Positions 7,054 to 16,066 of a stretch of DNA of 21,272 bases are shown here, piece after piece. Below the pieces are notes generated by a model. The model was not told where the DNA came from, did no database searches, and saw only the letters and a program-made list of their open reading frames with translations. Both the position numbers and the translations under genes were made by a program. The stretch is from assembly GCA_037447435.1 (NCBI GenBank), contig JBBIGR010000061.1, positions 1 to 21,272 of the forward strand, read 5' to 3'. This DNA is from Fibrobacteria bacterium. GTDB taxonomy: Bacteria > Fibrobacterota > Chitinivibrionia > Chitinivibrionales > FEN-1185. Every line of letters starts with the position of its first letter. Positions within the stretch are counted from its first letter, which is position 1.

Positions 7054-7995
7054 ATGAAAACAAATAATCCCGATATTTCAATTGTCGTTCCGGTATTCAA
7101 TGAAGAAGATAATATCGATCCGCTTTGCGAAAAATTGCATGCGGTCATTGCCCCGATGGACAAAATCTGCGAAGTAGTTTTCGTCGACGACGGCAGCACC
7201 GATGAAACGCGCCGACGGCTTATCGATTCATGCGCAAAATATCCACGATTCAAAGCCATACGGCTGGGAGTGAACAGCGGCAAAACCAGAGCATATACTG
7301 CCGGATTTGCGATTGCAGACGGACAGATTGTGGTGACCATGGACGGTGATTTACAGGATGATCCTACCGAAATCCCCAAATTCATCGAAGAGCTTGACAA
7401 AGGAAACGATTGCGTGGTGGGTTGGAAATACCGGGGCAAAGGTCCGTTTTTAAAAACAGTTGCGTCGAAAGTGTTCAATACGTACGTCACCTTGTTGACG
7501 GGGACGCATTTTCACGATATGAACTGCCCGTTTAGGGCAATGACCGCCCGTTGCGCAAAAAACCTCAAGCTTCACGGCGACATGTACCGTTTCATTCCGT
7601 TCATTGCCCGGGCACGCGGGTTCAAGGTCGCTGAAATCAAGGTCGAAAACCATCCGCGCGCAAGCGGGCATTCCAAGTACGGCGCCGCAAGATTTTTCAA
7701 GGGCCTGCTCGACGTCATCATGATTTGTTTTCTCGTGCGGTTCCAAGAGGCGCCGCTGCATTTTTTCGGCATTTTCGGTATGTCGTGTTTTGCCGCCGGA
7801 TTTCTCATCGATTTGGGGCTGGTTTTGCACGGGCTGGTGATCACGGGAATCATCGGCCATTTCGCGATGTTGCTTTTTGGTATATTGCTCATGCTGCTCG
7901 GCATACAATTCATCAGCTTGGGCCTGTTGGGCGAGCTCATGCTTTCGGGCCGCAAAGGTGATAACGGCGATGTGGAAATCACGGTTGTTGTTTGA
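7054..7995 (+). CDS. GT2 polyprenyl-phosphate glycosyltransferase (ArnC/GtrB/DPM-synthase-like)
   Basis: ISIVVPVFNEEDNI, VFVDDGSTD, TMDGDLQDDP, V..HPR..G.SKYG and two C-terminal TM helices. The start was moved from the track's 6943 to ATG 7054, just before the conserved GT2 N-terminus. Confidence 0.92.
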   Translation: MKTNNPDISIVVPVFNEEDNIDPLCEKLHAVIAPMDKICEVVFVDDGSTDETRRRLIDSCAKYPRFKAIRLGVNSGKTRAYTAGFAIADGQIVVTMDGDLQDDPTEIPKFIEELDKGNDCVVGWKYRGKGPFLKTVASKVFNTYVTLLTGTHFHDMNCPFRAMTARCAKNLKLHGDMYRFIPFIARARGFKVAEIKVENHPRASGHSKYGAARFFKGLLDVIMICFLVRFQEAPLHFFGIFGMSCFAAGFLIDLGLVLHGLVITGIIGHFAMLLFGILLMLLGIQFISLGLLGELMLSGRKGDNGDVEITVVV

Positions 7996-8013
7996 CGGAA
8001 AGTCGGTAATGAC

Positions 8014-9162
8014 ATGAGGAAAAATTATTTGGTGTTCGGCAGTCCGGCCATTGGGCAGGAAGAAATAAACGAAGTAATGGACACTATACGGTCGGGATGG
8101 CTCGGTACCGGACCCAAGACGCATCGGTTCGAACGGGAATTTGCAGACTACCTCGGTGTGAAACATTGCGTTGCGGTGAGCTCATGCACCGCGGCATTGC
8201 ATTTGTCTATGCTTGCTGCCGGCATCGGGCCCGGCAACGAGGTCATCGTGCCTGCTATGACATTTTGCGCATCCGCAAACGCGGTGGTGCATACGAATGC
8301 GCGGCCCGTGTTTGCCGATGTGGAAAAAGACGGCATGACGCTCGATCCGATCGATGTCGAGCGTAAGATCACCCGCAATACAAAAGCCATACTTCCGGTT
8401 CATTTCCACGGTCGCGCCGCCGATCTCAAACGATTGCGGGCCATCGCGGAAAAACACAAACTTTACATTATAGAAGACGCCGCTCATGCCATCGAGACGC
8501 TGTACCAGGGAAAACACATCGGCGCCGTGGGTGACATTGCCTGTTTCAGCTTTTATATCACGAAAAATATGACGACGGTTGAAGGGGGTATGGTCGCCAC
8601 CAATAACGATGAATGGGCGAGCTTGATAAAAACATATGCGTTGCACGGGATGTCGCAGGACGCCTGGGCGCGGTTTTCGGATGCGGGATACAAGCATTAC
8701 GAGGTGGTTGTGCCGGGGTTTAAATACAATATGACCGATATGCAGGCGTCGTTCGGCATTCATCAACTGCATCGGGTGGAAGAAAACCTGAAAAAACGGG
8801 AGCATATTTGGCATGCCTACAATGAGGCATTTAAAGACCTTCCGGTCACGCTGCCCCCGGAAGGGGGCCAGAGCACGCGGCATGCGCGGCATCTGTATGC
8901 GATTCGATTGACAAAACAGGCGAAAATCGGGAGGGATGCATTCATGGAAAGCATGCATCGGCAAAACATCGGCACCGGGGTGCATTACACCGCATTACAT
9001 TTGCATCGGTATTACCGGGAAAAATTCGGACACAAGCAAGGCGACTTCCCAAACGCCGAAGAAATAGGCTATACTACTGTTTCGCTGCCGCTTTCGGCAA
9101 AACTTTCGGATAGCGACGTATTGGATGTGGTGAATGCGGTAAGAACTGCTTTACAAAACTAA
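8014..9162 (+). CDS. DegT/DnrJ/EryC1/StrS family PLP-dependent nucleotide-sugar aminotransferase (ArnB-like)
   Basis: SGWLGTGPK, VSSCTAALHL, IIEDAAHA, CFSFYITKNMTTVEGG (PLP lysine), GFKYNMTDMQA, SLPL. Confidence 0.95.
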   Translation: MRKNYLVFGSPAIGQEEINEVMDTIRSGWLGTGPKTHRFEREFADYLGVKHCVAVSSCTAALHLSMLAAGIGPGNEVIVPAMTFCASANAVVHTNARPVFADVEKDGMTLDPIDVERKITRNTKAILPVHFHGRAADLKRLRAIAEKHKLYIIEDAAHAIETLYQGKHIGAVGDIACFSFYITKNMTTVEGGMVATNNDEWASLIKTYALHGMSQDAWARFSDAGYKHYEVVVPGFKYNMTDMQASFGIHQLHRVEENLKKREHIWHAYNEAFKDLPVTLPPEGGQSTRHARHLYAIRLTKQAKIGRDAFMESMHRQNIGTGVHYTALHLHRYYREKFGHKQGDFPNAEEIGYTTVSLPLSAKLSDSDVLDVVNAVRTALQN

Positions 9163-9178
9163 AAATCGGAACCCCCTC

Positions 9179-10315
9179 GTGAATATCGGAATAGTGACGC
9201 ATAATTTCCCCTCGCATAATGCGGAAGGCAGGGCAGCGGCCGGCAATTTTGTCGTGCCGCTTTGCAAAGAGCTTTGTCGAAGGGGGAATACCGTGTGCGT
9301 CGTGACACCCGACGCAGTCGACAAAAATGACGACTATCCGTTCTTCGTCGAACGGTTCGGAACAATGAGAAAAAACAAACTGCTCGGGCATTATAAACTT
9401 TGGAACCCGCTCGACATATACGGCGTATTGAACATGCTCGATACCGGCGTTAAAAAACTTGATTTCGCGGTGGAGAAATACCGCATTGACGTGTTGTTGG
9501 CTTTATGGGCATTTCCTGCCGGATATCTGTGCTCTCGGACAAAAGTCCCGGTTCCATATTACACGTGGTGCCTTGGGTCGGACATCTGGACGCTCGGCAA
9601 GGTACCTGTCGCAAACAGAATGATTGCAAACGTGCTGGGCAAATCGGAACGTATTTATGCCGATGGTTTACAATTGGCTAAAGACGCGGAATTATTGGCA
9701 AAAAAAGCGTGCGGATTTCTTCCCACGACGAGGTTGCTGGAAAAAAACGAGCCAGCACTCAGAACCATTGCAGAGGGAAGAACCAGCTTTCTTTTTGTGG
9801 GTCGATGGGAGAAAGCGAAGGGCCCCGACCTTTTCTTACGGGCCGCGCATATGCTATTGCAAAACTACCCGGATATGAGTTTCAGGATGTTCGGTGGCGG
9901 CAGCATGGCAAAAAGCGTTTCTGCCTTCGGGGTAAGACTGCATAATCTTTACGGCGACAGATTCTTTTTGGGCGGCTACCTTTCGGAAAAAGAGTTCAAG
10001 CGGGAACTGGCCGCAACCTCCTGTTTTGTGATTCCTTCGCGGAAAGAAAGCGTCCCCATCGCGTTGACCGATGCCGTTTCGGCAAATGTACCGGTCGTTG
10101 TTTCGACTGCCGGCGACATGGGGTATTGGGTGAAACGGTACGAGCTCGGCTTGGTGTTTACAAAGGATAACCTTAACGGCCTTCTTGAAAGCCTGCGCTC
10201 CGTTGCCGCAAAACCCCTTTCGATGCGCCCGAACGACCGGGAAGCATATTTGAAGACGTTCAGTATCGATTCGGTGGTCGATTCGCTGCTGTGCGACATG
10301 CGGCAGGGCCGCTAA
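9179..10315 (+). CDS. Glycosyltransferase family 4
   Basis: GTG start. Motifs THNFP, WAFPAG, LGSDI, FLFVGRWEKAKGPDLFLRA, PSRKESVPIALTDA (ExxxxxxxE/D), STAGD. Confidence 0.92.
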   Translation: MNIGIVTHNFPSHNAEGRAAAGNFVVPLCKELCRRGNTVCVVTPDAVDKNDDYPFFVERFGTMRKNKLLGHYKLWNPLDIYGVLNMLDTGVKKLDFAVEKYRIDVLLALWAFPAGYLCSRTKVPVPYYTWCLGSDIWTLGKVPVANRMIANVLGKSERIYADGLQLAKDAELLAKKACGFLPTTRLLEKNEPALRTIAEGRTSFLFVGRWEKAKGPDLFLRAAHMLLQNYPDMSFRMFGGGSMAKSVSAFGVRLHNLYGDRFFLGGYLSEKEFKRELAATSCFVIPSRKESVPIALTDAVSANVPVVVSTAGDMGYWVKRYELGLVFTKDNLNGLLESLRSVAAKPLSMRPNDREAYLKTFSIDSVVDSLLCDMRQGR

Positions 10316-11936
10316 ATGCGAAAAGGTATATTCCGTCAAGAGAATCGGTCGAAACATATCCGCTGGCGCGGAGTGTATCAAGCTGGCTGATGCCGCTGTT
10401 GCCCCAGCGCCGATCACGGCAATCGGAATCTGTTGTGTCGATGCATACAAAATCTACCGGTCCGCTTGCCGCGTTTATTTCGTAAAATGGCGACGGAAAT
10501 ATGTCGCAGGATCTCTGATGTGAAGCATGGGAAGCCATCCGCTCGGAAATTGACACTCTTTTATTGACGGGGATTTTTTTCGAAATTGCCAGTGCCGCGG
10601 CATCGTGATTGTCGGGAACATAAATGGCTATTTCGCGCCAGAACCGGTGGCCGAGAGGGGACGGCCCGTAACTGAACGCCGATACCAGTGTTGCACCGAG
10701 GACAAGGACGTACAGCGACCGGGAAGCGGGCCTAAAAATCCGTGTCAAAACGACAACGCCGTTTCTGGGCAGCGCATCGAGGGTCATTATTAATGCGTAG
10801 GCAATGAACGGAATCGCCAAAGCCAGATGGTGCGTCCAAAGATTGATGCCGAAAAGTAAGTCCTTGACAATAATTAAAAACGCGCCGGCCATGTACCAAA
10901 TCCGGAAAAGCGGCAAAAAGAACAGCGGAAAGAACAAATAAAACAGCGATTCCCCGTTTCCTGCGGTGGCGCAATGTTTTATCAATGCCAGCGGGTTCGA
11001 AAGTCCGAAACGTACCATGCCGCCGAGACCTTCCCGACCGCCGATGCCGGAAAAGTCGACGCCGATTACCGACGAGTCCTGACCGTGATTATGGAGCGGG
11101 ATAATAACGAGCATTGCAAGGAGGAAATAGGCCAGGCCTGCGATAGTCGTCAATATTCCCTGGAGTTTTTGTTTTTGAGCGTGGAATAGTGAAATACCAA
11201 AGCCCGCAGCAGCAAGGCCGACATATTCTTTACAAGCAAGGCCCAAAAGAAGTGCGATCCAGTATCTGCCCCATTGTTTACGTAACGAGAATAGTACGGC
11301 GAATATGAGGCACGGTAGAGCAAAGACGTCGCCGTGGACATCAAAGAGATTTGCAAACTCCAGCGGCGGGAACGCGGCCATAGCACCCATGACGATAAGG
11401 GCTTTAACGCGATTTTGCAGAATCTCCATTGCAAGGAGATAGGTCCCCGCAAGAAATACGATGATGGCTGCAGTTTGAAATAGTATGGGGCCGCGCGGGT
11501 CGGGCCAGAGCAGATACTGTAATCCGAAAAGCCAGTACAGCGGTTCAACATGCGCATCGAATCTGCTCAGAGCCTGATGTGAAAAAAGCCCGGCAATACC
11601 TCCTTGACGCACCGATTCGGCCATGTTCCAAAGCGCAATGTCAAGGTTGCCCAAATCATACATTTGCGTTGAAAATGCGGCATATCTGTTCAGCGTCATG
11701 GTAATAAATACACCCCCGTAAAGGGCCATTAAACCAAAGGCCATCCATTTTTGAACAGATCGATTCGGTTGCAATGGATTTTTAGCTCCAAGTGCCAGGA
11801 GGGCTATGTTGCAGAAAAAAAACGGCAACGCAGTCAAAAATGCGTAATACCAGAATGCCTGTCCTGTAAATTTTCTCAGTGTCAATGAGACCAGACAGGC
11901 AGACAGACTTATTGCGAGGGCGACGTAACGGTTCAT
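10260..11936 (-). CDS. DUF2079-like multi-pass membrane protein (probable GT-C-fold glycosyltransferase)
   Basis: 558 aa with many TM segments. Motifs YDLGNLDIALWN, HVEPLYW, NLFDVHGD, KEYVGL and a soluble C-terminal domain (IPVNKRVSIS...SH). ATGA overlap with the upstream gene at 11933-11936. Confidence 0.8.
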   Translation of the reverse strand: MNRYVALAISLSACLVSLTLRKFTGQAFWYYAFLTALPFFFCNIALLALGAKNPLQPNRSVQKWMAFGLMALYGGVFITMTLNRYAAFSTQMYDLGNLDIALWNMAESVRQGGIAGLFSHQALSRFDAHVEPLYWLFGLQYLLWPDPRGPILFQTAAIIVFLAGTYLLAMEILQNRVKALIVMGAMAAFPPLEFANLFDVHGDVFALPCLIFAVLFSLRKQWGRYWIALLLGLACKEYVGLAAAGFGISLFHAQKQKLQGILTTIAGLAYFLLAMLVIIPLHNHGQDSSVIGVDFSGIGGREGLGGMVRFGLSNPLALIKHCATAGNGESLFYLFFPLFFLPLFRIWYMAGAFLIIVKDLLFGINLWTHHLALAIPFIAYALIMTLDALPRNGVVVLTRIFRPASRSLYVLVLGATLVSAFSYGPSPLGHRFWREIAIYVPDNHDAAALAISKKIPVNKRVSISERMASHASHQRSCDIFPSPFYEINAASGPVDFVCIDTTDSDCRDRRWGNSGISQLDTLRASGYVSTDSLDGIYLFAFSGPAACRTAANRPPNRY

Positions 11937-12877
11937 TTCGGGGCTCCGTTGCGTTTTGTTTGTTTGTGGCCCAGAAACGGCAGACAGGAAATGCCGATCA
12001 AAATGCTCAACCCGGTCGTGATGATCCGGTCGGCAACGGTAAAGATCAGGGCAGCGTCTTTGGGTACCGACATATTGCTCAGCAGGAGAGCCGTGGTCGC
12101 TTCCTTTGCGCCAAAGCCTGCCGGAAGTATCCAGAATGAGGACACAAAATAGGAAAAAAGATCAATGATATAGATTGTAAACGTATCGCAACGTTGGCCG
12201 AGGCACGCCATTTGAAGATGCAGCCGCAAGGCCGTGAAAAAGGCCCCCAGTACAAAACAGAGCAAAAGTACCAACCCGCATTGTGCGATTACCGGTAAGG
12301 GAAACCGGGCGAATGCCCCTCGCAATGTGTCAAGTAGCCGCTCGAAAAAGTTTTGCGGCAAATCCTTTTGTTTAGGAATGTAACGGACGAGCGCAAACCC
12401 CGCAACGGCGAAAAGGGCTATGCCAAAAACAATAACGACAATCGCTTTTGGAAGGGGTGTTTTGACAAAAGATAAACCAAGCAGGATCGTAGAGGCCATG
12501 AACAGATAACCGAAAACGGTTTCAACAGCCATGCTGGCCGCTGAAACGGAATAGGGAATACCGCAATGCTTTTTCTGCCAATGCACCCGAAGCCCCAGCC
12601 CTATTTTGCTTCCAAGGGCATAGGACACGGCCGTGGCGGCAGTCATGACGACAAAAAACCTCAATACCGGTTGGCTGAACCCCAGGATTTTAAAAAGGAG
12701 CGCAACCCTAATTATATCGACAAGAATTGCGGCCGCCGACAGCCCGATGATTGCAAGAGCCGTCTTGCCGTCGCAACGGTTTACAAACGTACCGAGTTGC
12801 TGTTGGTACTTGATAATTAAATAAACAAAACCCGCCAGAACCGCGGCGAACAGAAACGAGCGCAGGATGGTTTTCAT
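11933..12877 (-). CDS. Lysylphosphatidylglycerol-synthase TM-domain (UPF0104) flippase-like membrane protein
   Basis: Highly hydrophobic with motifs PAGFGAKEA and ADRIIT. The start is set at ATG 12877 (MKTILRS), which forms an ATGA overlap with the stop of the upstream gene. Confidence 0.82.
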   Translation of the reverse strand: MKTILRSFLFAAVLAGFVYLIIKYQQQLGTFVNRCDGKTALAIIGLSAAAILVDIIRVALLFKILGFSQPVLRFFVVMTAATAVSYALGSKIGLGLRVHWQKKHCGIPYSVSAASMAVETVFGYLFMASTILLGLSFVKTPLPKAIVVIVFGIALFAVAGFALVRYIPKQKDLPQNFFERLLDTLRGAFARFPLPVIAQCGLVLLLCFVLGAFFTALRLHLQMACLGQRCDTFTIYIIDLFSYFVSSFWILPAGFGAKEATTALLLSNMSVPKDAALIFTVADRIITTGLSILIGISCLPFLGHKQTKRNGAPK

Positions 12878-14403
12878 CGACGCGGTCCATTCGCTTGAGT
12901 ATTGTTGCTTTCCGGCGAATAGACATAAAGGAATAGCGGGCCCCACCCTGCATTAAATTTTCCGGCAAAAACCATGTTTTCTCGGGCCAGGATATCTTCA
13001 AAGCGTTGCCGTTGATTCTGATAAAGAAATGATTCCTTAAGGAGCAACGCGCGGGCAGTGGCGGCCAGATCGCGTAAAGACGAATCGAGCTTTTGCTTCG
13101 GCACATGCTGCAGGGTCGAAATAGATACCGCGAGATCAAAATGCCGCCCTTTCATGGGAATGGCCGAAGCGCTGCCGATGATACGGCGGCATGCTTTGTC
13201 ACCCGATTTGCCGAGCGCTGCCTCCGAAATATCGATTGCGGTCACCGTGCACCCGCATTCGGAATAAATCGGCTGCAACCTGCCGGTCCCGTAGCCGACA
13301 TCGACGATGGTTGCTATTTTACGCCATTTACAGAGGTAACGAATGACACCGTATTCTTCACGCAGTGTTCCCCAGGTGACGCGAAGATCGCCACAGCGCA
13401 AATCCCAGTACCGTGCCGATGATTGGTCCATTATTGCCTTCAGTACAAGGCGAAAAGCCCCCAAAAGCGTTGATTTGAGAATGTTCAGGACGATTATGAG
13501 TCCCGCCGATAGTTCACCGGCGGCACGGGCGGGACGCCCCTTAACCAGAGAGAAAACGGGCTGCGCGGCAAGAGCGACGCCGAAGGCGAAAGGGTTGCCT
13601 TGCTTGCCAAGAAAATTTTTACAGAAGAGATAATGCCAATTCCGAACGAACATCGCCCCTGTTTTATAGGAAGAATCCCTGCCGGTTGAAGTGTGACGAT
13701 GCACGGCTTCGGCTTGCGGTTGATAATAATTGTGAAGGCCGCGGGCAGTCAGGCGGACCGCAAAATCATCATCTTCCATATAGGCATATCCGACAAGGGT
13801 TTCGTCAAAAGGAGTCGACAGGGCTATTTCGCGACTGACAAAAGAAAAACCGCCGTGTATCTGCTGGCAATAGGTACCGCTTGATGATTTGCAGAACGTG
13901 GGCTGACCGGACGGCAAATACGCACCGTTTCCTTTGCGTTGCAGGAAAAACAGCCTGCACAGCGTGAATTCAATCAATCGCCCCAACCAGATTTTAAGCC
14001 TGGAGGCACTTTCAAAAGGCTCGAGAATTTTTCCGCCGATTGCGCCGAGTTGCGTATCGTTCTGAAGCAATTTCACCGTTTCGATAAACGCATCGACAGC
14101 ACCGGGTGCCAGTTCGCAATCGTCATCGATAAAAAGGCAATGGGTGCCGGTTGCCGATAGAACGCCGATGTTACGTTGCCGCGTCAGCCCCGGTGATGAC
14201 CGTATGTAATGGAGTGTGCCGTGTTTCTTCATCGTTGCACAGAGGTTTTCAACCTGTTTTTGATGACGATCGCTCGCATCAACAACAATGATTTCATGGA
14301 CTTTCACGGTTTGAGCCCCGATTGTGTCAAGGCAGCTTTGTAATTGGACAGGACGGTCCTTTGTACAAATAACTGCGCTTACCAAGGGAAAAGATGCGCT
14401 CAT
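12874..14403 (-). CDS. GT2 glycosyltransferase fused to a C-terminal class I SAM-dependent methyltransferase domain
   Basis: N-terminal VSAVICTKDRP, IIVVDAS, GLTRQRNIG, LFIDDD, YMEDDDF. C-terminal YWDLR...IVDVGYGTGR...VTAIDIS...FDLAVSISTLQHV. ATG 14403 is preceded by SD AGGAAGG. Confidence 0.87.
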   Translation of the reverse strand: MSASFPLVSAVICTKDRPVQLQSCLDTIGAQTVKVHEIIVVDASDRHQKQVENLCATMKKHGTLHYIRSSPGLTRQRNIGVLSATGTHCLFIDDDCELAPGAVDAFIETVKLLQNDTQLGAIGGKILEPFESASRLKIWLGRLIEFTLCRLFFLQRKGNGAYLPSGQPTFCKSSSGTYCQQIHGGFSFVSREIALSTPFDETLVGYAYMEDDDFAVRLTARGLHNYYQPQAEAVHRHTSTGRDSSYKTGAMFVRNWHYLFCKNFLGKQGNPFAFGVALAAQPVFSLVKGRPARAAGELSAGLIIVLNILKSTLLGAFRLVLKAIMDQSSARYWDLRCGDLRVTWGTLREEYGVIRYLCKWRKIATIVDVGYGTGRLQPIYSECGCTVTAIDISEAALGKSGDKACRRIIGSASAIPMKGRHFDLAVSISTLQHVPKQKLDSSLRDLAATARALLLKESFLYQNQRQRFEDILARENMVFAGKFNAGWGPLFLYVYSPESNNTQANGPRR

Positions 14404-14579
14404 CGGGAAACCCTTCCTGTTTATTTCTCCGCAAAATATGTTTTCCAAACAATCCGATGAAAATGATTATACCATTTGCGACACATAATTTTAAATTGAT
14501 CATGGAAAAAGACGCTGTTTTTCTTTTTAGGGAGGCTCAGAACATATTTTAAGAAAAGATACTTTTAATAGAGGGGTTT

Positions 14580-16055
14580 ATGAAACGAGCTGCAGGAATA
14601 TTACTACATCCGACATCCTTACCGTCGCCGTATGGAATAGGCGATTTCGGCGACAACGCCTATACGTGGATTCGTCTCTTAAAAAACGCGGGCATATCGC
14701 ATTGGCAATATTGCCCGATCGGACCAACCACCGACGGCGATTCACCGTATCAAAGTTTGTGTTCTTTTGCCGGAAATCCCATCCTGATTTCCCCGCAAAA
14801 ATTGTTTGAATCCGGTTTGTTGACTACCGCTGAACTTGCGCAATATCCAAGGAGTGCCGATCCCGAAAAAGTGAATTTTTCCGAGGTGTTTTGCGCAAAG
14901 GACGAGTTGTTTACCAAGGCTTTCGTACGATTCAAACCCGACGACGCGTTTGCGGCTTTTTGCGAAAAAGAACGGTATTGGTTGGACGATTATGCGGTTT
15001 TTTGCGTGATGCGGTCCCACACGCAGTGCAGGGCATGGAACACCTGGGAAAGCGGTATCCGAATGCGGGACCCGCAAGCAATTGAATCCCTTAAAAAACA
15101 AAATGCCGAGGAACTTTCCTATCACATGTTCTTACAGTATATATTCACTTGTCAATTTGAAAGTCTCAAAGCATTTGCCGGTGAAATGGGCGTCGTCTTG
15201 GTGGGCGATGTCCCGATTTACGTCGCGCTCGACAGCAGCGATACCTGGGCGATGCCGTCGCAATTCGAATTGGACGAGACCGGCGATCCTCTGCGCGTTT
15301 CGGGCGTGCCGCCCGATTATTTCTGCGAAGACGGGCAATTATGGGGAAACCCGCTATACAAATGGGACAACATGAAAAAAGACGGCTATCGCTGGTGGAT
15401 AGAGCGTCTTAAGAAGGCCTTGCAATATGCGAATATAGTACGGCTCGACCATTTCAGGGGCTTCCAGGCGTATTGGGCCATCGACGCGAAAAGCGAAACG
15501 GCCAAAAACGGCGTATGGGAAAAAGGGCCGGGCATGGATTTGTTTACGGCTGTAAAAAATGCCCTCGGCGGCCTCCCTTTTATTGCCGAAGATTTGGGCG
15601 ATATTACGCCGGCGGTCGATAAGCTGAGAACCGAAACCGGATTGCCCGGCATGCGGGTGTTGCAATTCGCCTTCGACGGCAATCCGAACAACCCGCATTT
15701 GCCGTATGCTATGTCGCAAAACAGCGTCGTTTATACCGGGACGCACGACAATACGACCACTGCCGGGTGGCTCGAAACCTTGTCGGGCGTCGAGCGGCAG
15801 CGCGTGGACGAATATTGCGGGTGCGAAGGCGGTGCCGGCGTCGAGGATATTGTCAGATGCGCATTCGCCGCGCCGTCCGACCTTTGCGTCGTCCCCATGC
15901 AGGACGTCGTCGGCCAGGGTGCCCCGTTCCGGATGAACGTCCCGGGCACGGCGCGGGGAAATTGGCGATACCGCGTGCACGAAAAATACATGACGGACGA
16001 AACATTTGCAAAAGTTAAGGACTTTGCCCTTATTTACGGCAGGGCAAATCGCTAA
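14580..16055 (+). CDS. malQ: 4-alpha-glucanotransferase (amylomaltase, GH77)
   Basis: RAAGILLHPTSLP, GDVPIYV, SGVPPDYF..GQLWGNPLY, RLDHFRGF, IAEDLG, VYTGTHDN, RMNVPG..GNW; SD GAGGGG. Confidence 0.97.
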   Translation: MKRAAGILLHPTSLPSPYGIGDFGDNAYTWIRLLKNAGISHWQYCPIGPTTDGDSPYQSLCSFAGNPILISPQKLFESGLLTTAELAQYPRSADPEKVNFSEVFCAKDELFTKAFVRFKPDDAFAAFCEKERYWLDDYAVFCVMRSHTQCRAWNTWESGIRMRDPQAIESLKKQNAEELSYHMFLQYIFTCQFESLKAFAGEMGVVLVGDVPIYVALDSSDTWAMPSQFELDETGDPLRVSGVPPDYFCEDGQLWGNPLYKWDNMKKDGYRWWIERLKKALQYANIVRLDHFRGFQAYWAIDAKSETAKNGVWEKGPGMDLFTAVKNALGGLPFIAEDLGDITPAVDKLRTETGLPGMRVLQFAFDGNPNNPHLPYAMSQNSVVYTGTHDNTTTAGWLETLSGVERQRVDEYCGCEGGAGVEDIVRCAFAAPSDLCVVPMQDVVGQGAPFRMNVPGTARGNWRYRVHEKYMTDETFAKVKDFALIYGRANR

Positions 16056-16066
16056 CGCGGCACCAA

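Noticed and set aside
7450..8985. Long antisense ORFs (7450..8166, 8182..8985) and similar shadow ORFs elsewhere
   Set aside because: They lie opposite well-supported genes, have no motifs and are expected from codon bias.
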